A stretch of 63,953 bases of DNA, filler included, from Licmophora abbreviata (Eukaryota): NCBI GenBank assembly GCA_900291995.1. It is 9 parts of 9 records of this genome, joined end to end, with 100 filler letters (N's around TTAATTAATTAA, not from the genome) between each part and the next. Parts side by side here need not be neighbours in the genome. Positions count along the whole stretch, not along the records: positions 10,856 to 21,876 come from OLMU01001242.1; positions 21,977 to 37,309 come from OLMU01001244.1; 7 more parts are not named here. The stretch is one strand, 5' to 3'. A program made the position numbers and the translations under genes. This document shows positions 12,862 to 22,202 of the stretch, piece after piece. The notes under the pieces were generated by a model, which saw nothing but the letters and a program-made list of their open reading frames with translations, was not told the origin of the DNA and did no database searches. The number at the start of each line of letters is the position of its first letter. The stretch's first letter is position 1.

Positions 12862-14148
12862 TTAAAGGACACGCAACTTTTCCAGCTTGGTCTCCAAGTC
12901 GTCTTCCCTTACAAACAACAATGCATGTGTCCCATTGTCTTCCAACGGGTCCATTCGAACACGGCTGCTTGTCGACGCGTCGTCGTCGGTCGTCGCCATG
13001 GGTGGTACAGCGGCAAGGATCGCATTCTCATCCGCAAAGTACACTTGCAATTGAACGCGTCGAATATTGTCCACCGTTCCAGCCACAATCGCCTTCCCCG
13101 TCCCATCTACCATGCTGTCCATGACAATATCCCATTGTGAAATGGTAGATCCATCCTCTGTACTAGTAGTAGTAGTCGCAAGTTTGGAATCGCCTTGGAG
13201 TATATTTTTGACATTGGGAAAGGGACCGAGGATGCGAATGACTTCGAGCAATTCCACTCGGTTCTTTCCTTGACACGTCAAGAAGACTTCTTGCATCCGC
13301 GCAAGAGGGACTTTGTGCAGGCCCGTCCCAATGTGCGTCAGCGCATCGTCGCTCCCGACCCAAGCCAGTCGATAGGCGTGGGATTCACTACCGGCCGTGA
13401 GTTGTCGAAGGGGAGTCGCAGTGAGCTGTAGCAATGGTCGGATCGTGTTGAGAATGTCGGAAAGTTGTGTCTTTTTGTTTGTTGTTGTTGGTTTCTTTTG
13501 CTTGTCGCCGTCGTCGTCGTCGTCGTCGTTGCCCAATAGATTGTTCAGTGCATCAATCACAGCCAAGACTTGTTCTTGTCGTACTTGTTCTTCTTGCAGC
13601 CGTTCCGATTGCTTCACACGACGAGAGTTCTTTGTCTTTTGACTCGTTTTGAATGATGAAGCAAGCTTTGTACTACCAACACCGCTCTTCGCAGTCGATG
13701 TGGCTTCGGAAACCTTACGTTCGTCATCCTCCGTACTGCTGCTACTGGCAGTAGTAGTAGCAGTGGTAGTGGTTGAAGCCCATTGTGCGAGAGCAGGAGA
13801 TACGGTTGCAGCGACGTTCTTATTCTTCTTCTTCTTCTTTTGTGACGTTGAACTCTTTGCCGGTGGATCGGACGGTGCACCGACCGTCTTGCCCAGCGTG
13901 CCTCGTTTGATCCCCTTGGCCCAGAGCTGAGTCAATGAAGATTCAAGAGATTTACGTTTGTTGGTAGTCTGAAGTGACGATGGTGCGACAAGAACAAAGG
14001 CATCTGCCGTGGATCGAATACTGCTGTTCTTACTGGAGCAGCCAAGTAGTAGTACTAGCAATGCTAGCATGACTGATGACGATGGTACCATCCTCACTCC
14101 AAGTGCGGCGACGATCGCCTTGTTTCTCCTCATCGAGTGAGCTGTCAT
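12862..14148 (-). CDS. Conserved-looking hypothetical protein, probably plastid-targeted
   Basis: 428-aa ORF (alternative start 14091); hydrophobic signal followed by ADA|FVL (ASAF-like cleavage) and a Ser/Thr/Lys transit peptide; globular C-terminal ~200 aa (RLAWVGSDDAL..GTGLHKVPLARMQEVF). Function not recognised. Confidence 0.75.
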   Translation of the reverse strand: MTAHSMRRNKAIVAALGVRMVPSSSVMLALLVLLLGCSSKNSSIRSTADAFVLVAPSSLQTTNKRKSLESSLTQLWAKGIKRGTLGKTVGAPSDPPAKSSTSQKKKKKNKNVAATVSPALAQWASTTTTATTTASSSSTEDDERKVSEATSTAKSGVGSTKLASSFKTSQKTKNSRRVKQSERLQEEQVRQEQVLAVIDALNNLLGNDDDDDDGDKQKKPTTTNKKTQLSDILNTIRPLLQLTATPLRQLTAGSESHAYRLAWVGSDDALTHIGTGLHKVPLARMQEVFLTCQGKNRVELLEVIRILGPFPNVKNILQGDSKLATTTTSTEDGSTISQWDIVMDSMVDGTGKAIVAGTVDNIRRVQLQVYFADENAILAAVPPMATTDDDASTSSRVRMDPLEDNGTHALLFVREDDLETKLEKLRVL

Positions 14149-14413
14149 GGTCGAGGCGGATGGATGGATTCCTTCCTCGCGTCAGTCACCTTCAAATCGA
14201 GTCGAGTGAGTCGATTTCAAGAAGTCGAAGGAGTCGAGTCGAATCAAGAATGAATCGAATCAATCATCCCTTTCACAGTCGACTGGATCGACTCAATCGA
14301 GGCCGCACATTTCATTAATCGCGGCTGACAGACAGACACCGTAAACGGTCGCGACACACAACAAGTACAAATAACAAGCACTCCGAGGCATCCATCCATT
14401 CGATGATGCGACA

Positions 14414-16300
14414 ATGCTGCCATCCTCCCTGCGGCGCCTCTCCTGTCGTTCCATCCGAGCAAGTCTACCAAAGAAAAATCCATCCGTCCTTCGAACATCT
14501 CAAAGTCGTCAACCTTGTACTTTGACTCACACAAAACTGACCATGTCGACTCAAACTACTACTTCTACTCCTGCGGTCAAGACGATCCAGGAAGGCACGA
14601 CGACCATGACGTATCCTGCCGATCAAGAACAGGCTGTCTTTTACAATCCAGTGCAAGTACAGAATCGCGATTTGTCCATACTCATGATTGCTCTTCATGG
14701 AGAACGCCGTGCGAAACGAATGGCCTTGGAGCAATCCAAGAAACAAAGTAAGAAACAGATGCAACAAGACACTAAAATGAACCCGCAAAACGAGGATCAA
14801 CAACAACAACAACAACAACAACAGATGGATCCAACAAGACTCGTGTCGGAACAGGATGCAGCGACAAAGGGACTGACGATTCTCGATGCCTTGGCCGCGT
14901 CGGGACTGCGATCGATTCGGTATTGGAAGGAAATACCGGGAGTCAAACATGTAACCATCAATGACTTGGATCCTGTTGCTGTGGAGCGGGCCCATCGAAA
15001 TTTGAAAGTCAACAACTTGACAACTCGCGTCACGCGGGACGAACGAGGTCATGGGATTCGTGTCTTGTGCGGGGATGCAACACATGAAATGTACCTTTCG
15101 CGACGACCCCCTGGTCTACATCACTACACTGTATCACAACAGATGCAGCGGGATCAGTGGGATGTCATTGATTTGGATCCCTACGGCTCGGCGGCTCCCT
15201 TTTTGGACGCTGCCGTCCAGGCCATTCGAGATGGTGGCATGTTGTGTGTCACGTGTACCGACATGGCCGCACTGGGCGGATCGCATCCGGAAACTGCCTT
15301 TGGGCGGTACGCGAGTATGCCCATACAACGGGCGAGCTACTTGCAGGAACTGGCATTGCGAAGTCTCTTGTACACATTGGCCACCACAGCAGCGCGGTAC
15401 GGGAGAACGATACGACCCATCTTATCCGTTGGCATGGCCTTTTACATTCGAGTCTTTGTCGAAGTTTGTAACGACAAGGCTGGAGTCAACGCTCTGTCGC
15501 TCAAATTGGGTTCGGTCTATCAGTCGACGCGATGCCCGTCCTTTCATCTTGTACCGCAGGGACAAACGTCACACAAGAATAAGAATGTCTATCAACCCGG
15601 ACGGACACCCTCCATTCAACAATGCGAAGAAACGGGTGCAGGGTTCAAGATTGGTGGTCCTATATGGCTGGGCGCCTTGCACGATCAGGACGTGGTGGAG
15701 ACGGCACTCGAACGACTGGAACCATCGTCAGAGGAACCGACCGTTGTTCCCGACATGGCATTTATTGCGACGCAAGAGCGGCTGCACGGACTGTTGACCA
15801 GTGTCAGTGAAGAGCTACCCGACGTGCCCTTGTTTTACTCGCTTCCGGATCTTTCGCATACACTGCGATGCGTGACGCCACCTATGAATGCCATACGAGC
15901 GGCCCTGGTGAATGCTGGGTACCGAGTCAGTGGCTACCACAAGGAGCCGCAGGCTCTGAAAACCGATGCGCCTAATCGAGTGGTATGGGATGTCATGCGT
16001 GTGTGGTGCAGGGACCACCCCCCGCAAGAGCATAGTAAAAAGAAAGCTATGAAGAAGGCAAAAAAGGAGAGTGCCGCTGGAGGAGATCAAGTGCCTCAAG
16101 AGGACACTTCCAAGAGAATTCTTTCCATCGATCCAATCACCAAAGTTGATTTCACAATACCGGAGAACTTTCATGAAAAGAAGAAGGCAAAGCGCTTTCC
16201 ACTCAATCCAGAAAAGAACTGGGGCCCTAAACCCAGGGCTTCCGGTAAGAAACGCAAGGCTGTTGAAGACCAGTCGCAGCCGCAAGAGAGCGAGGAATAA
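14414..16300 (+). CDS. TRM1: tRNA (guanine26-N2,N2)-dimethyltransferase
   Basis: VFYNPVQVQNRDLS, ILDALAASGLRSIRY, DVIDLDPYGS, GGMLCVTCTD, GPIWLGALHD, KTDAP, NPEKNWGPK motifs. Second in-frame ATG at 14543. Confidence 0.96.
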   Translation: MLPSSLRRLSCRSIRASLPKKNPSVLRTSQSRQPCTLTHTKLTMSTQTTTSTPAVKTIQEGTTTMTYPADQEQAVFYNPVQVQNRDLSILMIALHGERRAKRMALEQSKKQSKKQMQQDTKMNPQNEDQQQQQQQQQMDPTRLVSEQDAATKGLTILDALAASGLRSIRYWKEIPGVKHVTINDLDPVAVERAHRNLKVNNLTTRVTRDERGHGIRVLCGDATHEMYLSRRPPGLHHYTVSQQMQRDQWDVIDLDPYGSAAPFLDAAVQAIRDGGMLCVTCTDMAALGGSHPETAFGRYASMPIQRASYLQELALRSLLYTLATTAARYGRTIRPILSVGMAFYIRVFVEVCNDKAGVNALSLKLGSVYQSTRCPSFHLVPQGQTSHKNKNVYQPGRTPSIQQCEETGAGFKIGGPIWLGALHDQDVVETALERLEPSSEEPTVVPDMAFIATQERLHGLLTSVSEELPDVPLFYSLPDLSHTLRCVTPPMNAIRAALVNAGYRVSGYHKEPQALKTDAPNRVVWDVMRVWCRDHPPQEHSKKKAMKKAKKESAAGGDQVPQEDTSKRILSIDPITKVDFTIPENFHEKKKAKRFPLNPEKNWGPKPRASGKKRKAVEDQSQPQESEE

Positions 16301-16396
16301 CGTCAAATAGACTTATGGATTTCACAAGTAGCTCGTGCGCATTCTAATTTTAGGATTAATATTATGCAGTGTACCCGTCGGGGGTGGAATTGAAAA

Positions 16397-17803
16397 TTAA
16401 ACCCAGCAGCTCTCATCGCATGCGAACGGACATGCATCCAAGGCACTCTGGAAATTACAGTAAGAGTTCCAGTGTTGACCGGGCATCATGAACATGCAAG
16501 AGATCTGAAGACCCAGTTCGAGATCGATCCATTGCATTGAGAAACTGTTATAATCAATGTCGCATCTCGTGTCCCCTGGCTGAGACTCGACAGGCGACGG
16601 GGTCGGTGCAGGTGTAGGCGACGGGGTCGGTGCTGGCGTACTAGCTTGCAATGAGGTCGGGATAGGCGTTGGTACAGGCGTGGGAACAGGCGTCGACTCG
16701 GGTGTTGGAGCAGGCGTCGGTGCTGGCGTCGACTCGGGTGTTGGGACAGGCGTCGGCTCCGGAGTAGGATCCGGAGTCGGCGCAGCTGTTGGTGCAGGAG
16801 TCGGGGCCGGGGAGGCAGGGGGAGCGCCTGACGCGTTTCCGTCGCAAACTTCAAGTTCCTCCGTCAGCGTCCTGCTATCCGAGCATACCTTGTCCTTGAT
16901 CCAGCTGTGGTGGTACTTGACCGATGAAAATACCCCAGGGTAGCCTCGACGAGCGCATCCCACTCCCCACGACACAACGCCGACCTGATAAGGCTTTCCA
17001 TTTCTCCAAATGACAGCGGGTCCTCCAGAATCAGCCTGACAGGCGTCTTTGCCTCCCTCAAGCGCCCCGGCACAGACCATGTCTTCCCTCACTTGGCTGC
17101 TACCACCATAAATACTTTGACAGTCCGCCGTGGGATAGAAGGGAACTGTGGTCTTTTGAAGCACGTTGACGTACTTTCCGTTCTCTTTCGTGTCTCCTTC
17201 ATATGTGCGTCCAAAACCCAGCACGTCTGTCGGTTCTTCATAGACGTAATCGAAGTCCGGACCGGCAAGCCCAACCGGGGGGAGTGCCGCCATTTGTTCC
17301 GAAGTCATGCACGTGTCGAACGTAATAATGGCAAGGTCATGAACATTGGAGGAATCCTCATAGTCTGGATGCCACTCGACTTTTCGGGCATCGCTCTTAA
17401 AGTAGGGATCGATCCGTTGGGGGACAGGAGCATTGGACTCGAAGCGATACGCTCCGGCAAACGCCCCTTTCGTCACGCCTTCACGAGGTCCTTCGACGCA
17501 GTGCGCAGCGGTGAGCGCGTGACAGTTGGAGATGAGAGAGGCTCCACAGCCAGCAAAGTAGTCTCCGTTCATCGTCATGGTGAAATATCTATCCCGGACT
17601 GGGTCAGCCTGTCTACCACCGACAATGCGGTTTTCGTCTTGACCGAGGTCGACGAGGAGAGGAGACTCGCTCAGGTCGCCAACAGCACTGTGCTTGCCAC
17701 GAAGGCTTGCTGCATTGGTCGAACCGAGCACCAAGCACCAGATGGCAGCAAGGTGAGCAAGGGCGGTAGCACGACAGGTGGAGCTATTCTGAAGACGATA
17801 CAT
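16397..17803 (-). CDS. Secreted trypsin-like serine protease (S1A) with PT-repeat stalk and Cys-rich C-terminal domain
   Basis: Signal peptide, R|IVGG activation site, [20 protein letters not shown] (Asp at S1), [15 protein letters not shown] repeats; C-terminal six-Cys domain. ATG 17803 preferred over the ORF-track start. Confidence 0.93.
   Translation of the reverse strand: MYRLQNSSTCRATALAHLAAIWCLVLGSTNAASLRGKHSAVGDLSESPLLVDLGQDENRIVGGRQADPVRDRYFTMTMNGDYFAGCGASLISNCHALTAAHCVEGPREGVTKGAFAGAYRFESNAPVPQRIDPYFKSDARKVEWHPDYEDSSNVHDLAIITFDTCMTSEQMAALPPVGLAGPDFDYVYEEPTDVLGFGRTYEGDTKENGKYVNVLQKTTVPFYPTADCQSIYGGSSQVREDMVCAGALEGGKDACQADSGGPAVIWRNGKPYQVGVVSWGVGCARRGYPGVFSSVKYHHSWIKDKVCSDSRTLTEELEVCDGNASGAPPASPAPTPAPTAAPTPDPTPEPTPVPTPESTPAPTPAPTPESTPVPTPVPTPIPTSLQASTPAPTPSPTPAPTPSPVESQPGDTRCDIDYNSFSMQWIDLELGLQISCMFMMPGQHWNSYCNFQSALDACPFACDESCWV
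16600..16825 (-). repeat. Coding tandem 12-nt repeats (PTPx)n, mucin-like linker
   Basis: [33 protein letters not shown]... in the trypsin C-terminus. Confidence 0.9.
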
Positions 17804-18750
17804 GGCGCGCGGACAAAAGGAGAACTGTTCTGTGAGAGAGAAAACAGAAAGAGCGCGTGAGGAACGTGATCTTCGAAACAACAGAGGTACACCAGGGTGG
17901 CTCACGGGGCAAGGCATCAGCACTACAAGGCAGCAAGCAGAGTAGCGCGGACATACCTCAGGGGCTCACAGCTGGTGAAATTGTGAGTGATCTCATGGTG
18001 GTGGGCTTCTTGCACATCATCGGAGGACCCCTTGCATGTGGCGCGCCAGCAACGCTGTCCATGCCAATGCAACTTGAAACTATCCGATCACTGCGATCAA
18101 TGTGTTTGGAATTTTCCAACTGCCGTTTGGCGATTTCCGGGTCGCTTCAGCGGAAACCATGTGACGTGTATTGCATATTGTGTATTATGTAATTTTACCT
18201 TTACCTGTAGCGGTAATAGAAATTTCCGTGCGGCGAGCCTCAATATATGCTTATGTCTGTATAGTGTATTGTTTTGGAGCATTTCACTTTGTGTCATTGT
18301 TGTCCAAAACTGTGACCTGGCCCACAAGACTGCCGGCACCCGTGACTAGTCGGAGATTCATTGCCACGTCAATTGTGTTGGAGGTGTCGACAAATTTGGC
18401 AAGATTGAGGCCAACAATATGTGTAAACAGAAGGACGACTCTCACACGGCGCTCCTCCGATGACCGATACTGTACCTAGTACCGGTATGCTGACGTGACG
18501 AAATGAGTCGAGGGGAGCTCGGGGAATGGTAGCTCGAAGAAAATCGTGTCGCTTCGTACTGGCACATTAGCACATTCTTCTACGGACTATACGGGTAGGC
18601 GTATGCGCCGCATGCCCTGACTCTTTTGGCATGCCACTGGAGCTCCCGATGCAGGGAGTATGCTTTTACTCGTAGAGCTAGATGGGCAGTCAACGCCGTA
18701 CAGGCATTCTTCGTATTATACCTATACTAGTTTAGTGTTAACATTTATTT

Positions 18751-19785
18751 CTACGTTTGTGCGCCCGCCTTGACGTTAACTGGTGCAGTCTTTGCCCCAG
18801 AAGAGAGTCTGTTGACTGTCAATTTACCTTCATGGTGCATTTTCTCTATTGCATCATGCTCTGCCAGCATCGAATGGCCAGCAGATTTCCTGTTGAAATG
18901 GCCGATTTGAGCTAACCTTTTGTTGCAAACCTTTGGCATCTCCATGTCAAAGTGGTAGGGATAGCATGGGTCTTCCTCCATCCCAAACAAAGTCACCGAT
19001 TTGCAAGTGTCGACCGCCCACAGCACCCCGAGCATTCCAGAGCTGCACCATTGCCCCCGCAAAACACCCACCACCTTTTTGCAGTAATCCTTTAGAGATT
19101 CCGGTAGAAGAAACCATTTTGCAGATGTCTTGGTGTGCCATTTCTCGAAACCATCTGCTCCTCCGGCATAGATTGTAAGGCCTGTAACGCTTGTATCGTT
19201 CAACTTTGCAAACCAGATTCCCGGCACGAAAGGGTTCTCTTTGTTGAGCTTTTGTGGAAAGTGAACGAGATGGAACGTGGTCTTACTTCCAACATGTTTT
19301 TCAAAGCCGTCCGGCACGGCGCCATTGATTCGGATTACTTCGTCAAACGAGTCAATCAGCGGTCCGTCATCGTACTTGAGCAAGCTTCCAGAGCTAAAAA
19401 TCACAGCGCAAGTCCCAAGCTGCATTGTGGGGATGATGGCGCTGGAATTGCCTGTAGGTTTCTTCTCAGAGACAGTCTTGGGATCCGCAACGAAGCCTTT
19501 TTTGCGGCGATGACGGAAGGGATTCCGTACCGGAAGCCTGATATCATCGCGATATTTTCGGAGGGCTCGACGGGCGCCTGTAGAGGCCTGATTCTCGTCG
19601 ACGACCAAATAGAACATCGTGACGAGCAACGAGACGGCAAGACAAGCCAATATCGCTCGGGTTCTGAAACACCGTCGGTGATGCGGTGCTTTGCGGTCCT
19701 TCATCGTCTCGTGAATGGTCGTCTTTGCTCTGCAAACTGATGCGGTAGCAAAGGGAGTGTTTGAATGCAATGACTCGAGGGTCAT
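18751..19785 (-). CDS. Glycosyltransferase family 29 (sialyltransferase-like), type II Golgi membrane protein
   Basis: N-terminal TM (AILACLAVSLLVTMFYLVV); sialylmotif L (CAVIFSSGSL..GPLIDSFDEVIRINGA..GFEKHVGSKTT), S (SSGMLGVLWAVDTCKSVTLFGM), III-like (YPYHF) and VS (HSMLAEH). Possible start at 19704. Confidence 0.9.
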   Translation of the reverse strand: MTLESLHSNTPFATASVCRAKTTIHETMKDRKAPHHRRCFRTRAILACLAVSLLVTMFYLVVDENQASTGARRALRKYRDDIRLPVRNPFRHRRKKGFVADPKTVSEKKPTGNSSAIIPTMQLGTCAVIFSSGSLLKYDDGPLIDSFDEVIRINGAVPDGFEKHVGSKTTFHLVHFPQKLNKENPFVPGIWFAKLNDTSVTGLTIYAGGADGFEKWHTKTSAKWFLLPESLKDYCKKVVGVLRGQWCSSGMLGVLWAVDTCKSVTLFGMEEDPCYPYHFDMEMPKVCNKRLAQIGHFNRKSAGHSMLAEHDAIEKMHHEGKLTVNRLSSGAKTAPVNVKAGAQT

Positions 19786-20118
19786 CTATCAACGCGGCTC
19801 TTGACGCTAATGTCTTGCAAAGGTTGCCCCTCGGCTTGTTGTGAGCATGGATGGATCATTCGAAATAGAATCCTCATGGCACAATAAAGTCAATCCATTG
19901 ACAGTCTCAATTTGATTATGGACATGCAGTCATTGGTCATTTCGACTCATTCGACTTGTTTCAGCTACTCAAGGCTATCAACAGAGAGAGAAAGAGAGAG
20001 AAGAAAGTACCTACTCCTACCGGTACTCATACCTCCTTTGCCAGCTCTCGTTCTCTCTAGCTCAAGAGTTCTTCGATTTCGAGTTAGACAAGTTAGGCAG
20101 CTGCGGATTTCGCTACTG

Positions 20119-21293
20119 TTACAAGCCGATGCAGATTCGATCTCCGCTTGTAAAGGGAACAACTTCACACGAAGTTCCCTCACAGCACGTGGGCCCTCCG
20201 ATGGTATCACAAGGCCGATACTGTTCGATGCAGCTTTCTGTTTCCTCCTGAGAAAATACGGGGCCCAATCCACCGCAGATTCGTAGGTCCTGGTCCGTTC
20301 GAGAGTCGCCGCAGACAATCTTGTGAATCCAATCGTAATGAGCCTTTACGGAAGAGTACACTCCCGGCTTGCCCATGCGAGCACAACCGACCCCCCACGA
20401 CACGGCGCCAATCTGAACGGGCTCCCCGTTGCGCATCACAACAGCCGGTGAACCCGAGTCAGCCTGGCAAGCGTCCTTGTTGCCGCCCCCGGCACAAAAC
20501 ATGTCGTCGTAGACGGTGAAGCCACTCCCCAGCATTGAATCGCATTGGTCGTATGGGATAAACGGAACAGTTATTTGCTGCAGCAGCTCAGTGTAGTATC
20601 CCAAAGCCGGATCGATTACCTGGTCTTCGGAGTTTTGCCAAACCCATAGACTGTCACGTCTTCACCACTACGGTGGACAAAATCGGGGCCGGCAATCTGG
20701 ACAGGACGGACAACGTTCATCTCTGCAGCGTTCATGCACCTGTCAAACGTAATCAGGGCCATATCGTGTCGATTGGTACGATCGTGGTAGGAAGGGTGCC
20801 AATCAACCTTTTTGATTGAACTGGAAAAGAATGGGTGGCCTCTGTTTGCTTCAAATCCGTCATAGGGGGCAAAGGCCCCGGCCATAATGTGAGAGGAGAT
20901 CCCTTCTCGATTCCCCTCGACACAGTGTGCCACTGTCAGGACATGGCAATTCGATATCAGGGACGCACCGCATCCAGCATACCGCAGTTCATTGCCACGA
21001 GTCCTAAGGATCATTGTGAAAAAGGTCGACGTAGTTGGGTCTGTGACGCTCTCGCCATTGACGATGCGACTTTCCTCCTGAGGTGATAGAGCGACTGGCT
21101 CAGAATCTGGTTGTTTAGACATTGTGGTGCCTTTTAGACTGAGGCCACCGGTGTACAGGGCAGAGTAGTCTTCTTGTAGGTCTCGAGTGACATCGCCACC
21201 GCCAATGCCGCGCAGAGTCGCAGCCTGAGTCACACCAATGGTACTACCGACGAGCAATATGCTGGCCGCCGCAAGGCACTTCGACTGAATCAT
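20119..21293 (-). CDS. Secreted trypsin-like serine protease paralogue with C-terminal cystine-knot-like domain; 1-nt frameshift near 20630
   Basis: Signal peptide, R|IVNG, LTVAHC, HDMA in ORF 20616-21293; [18 protein letters not shown] in ORF 20119-20604; adding one base gives YGFGKTSEDQVIDPALGYYTELLQ, collinear with the first trypsin. Confidence 0.88.
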
Positions 21294-21876
21294 GGTATCT
21301 TTTCAAACGACAAAGCTCACCAGACGCACTGTGATTGGTTTCAGGGGAATGAAAGAGAAATGTTTAGCGACAAGCACATACAGTTAATTTTTGATGCAGA
21401 AAAGTGGAACGCCGACGATAGAGGCGCGCTTGTTTGTCAAAAAGCCTTGAAAGGGGGGCTTATCCGGGAGCCCTTCATTCTAAAAGAACACATGAGTCCG
21501 ATAGGCACGAAGCGCCTCCGCAAAGAGTCAGGGGACGATATCTACCGCAGGGACGTGCTCACCTAGACCACCATCGTTCACCTTTGCCGTGACCACAGAA
21601 TTCACAGATTTGAAAGTGGAACGATGCTCAAGTACGCAAGGCGCTCCAAATTGGTATTGAACACTCCGATAGGTATATAGCTCAAAGCTATTCGACAAAT
21701 TGATTTTATATATAGCTTCGTATGTCCTACTTACAATCCACACAATTTTCGTCGATGACAGAGGCGAGAAAGCTCGGAGTATCCCCATGACTTTTCTCAT
21801 GTGCCAAGAGTCATCCGTCACGCAGTTGCCTGCAAGACTACCGGCACCGACACCGGTAGCGGTAGACCTACCATCA

Positions 21877-21976
21877 NNNNNNNNNNNNNNNNNNNNNNNN
21901 NNNNNNNNNNNNNNNNNNNNTTAATTAATTAANNNNNNNNNNNNNNNNNNNNNNNNNNNNNNNNNNNNNNNNNNNN
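21877..21976. other. Artificial scaffold gap/linker
   Basis: 44N-TTAATTAATTAA-44N. Confidence 0.98.
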
Positions 21977-22202
21977 GGAAGCCAGTTGAGATATCATATT
22001 TGTATGGAACCGGAGTTGTGGAGGATACGTCGGCCGAATCGAATCGCATGGCATTATGAGACATCAAAGCAGCGCACGTTTGTTGATACTACGGGTACCA
22101 GTCATTAGCATGACGCGCACATCTCATGATTGCGTACGAAAATCTTAGACAAAATGCCGCAACTTAGGTTTACTAACATTACGGCGAACGATATGGCCAA
22201 AG

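Noticed and set aside
14798..14824. (CAA)n and similar triplet runs (also ~11168, ~13510, ~42860)
   Set aside because: Ordinary poly-Q and poly-D coding microsatellites.
17958..17960. In-frame TGA upstream of trypsin 1 as selenocysteine or readthrough
   Set aside because: No redox motif context and no recognisable SECIS; the downstream ATG already provides a signal peptide.
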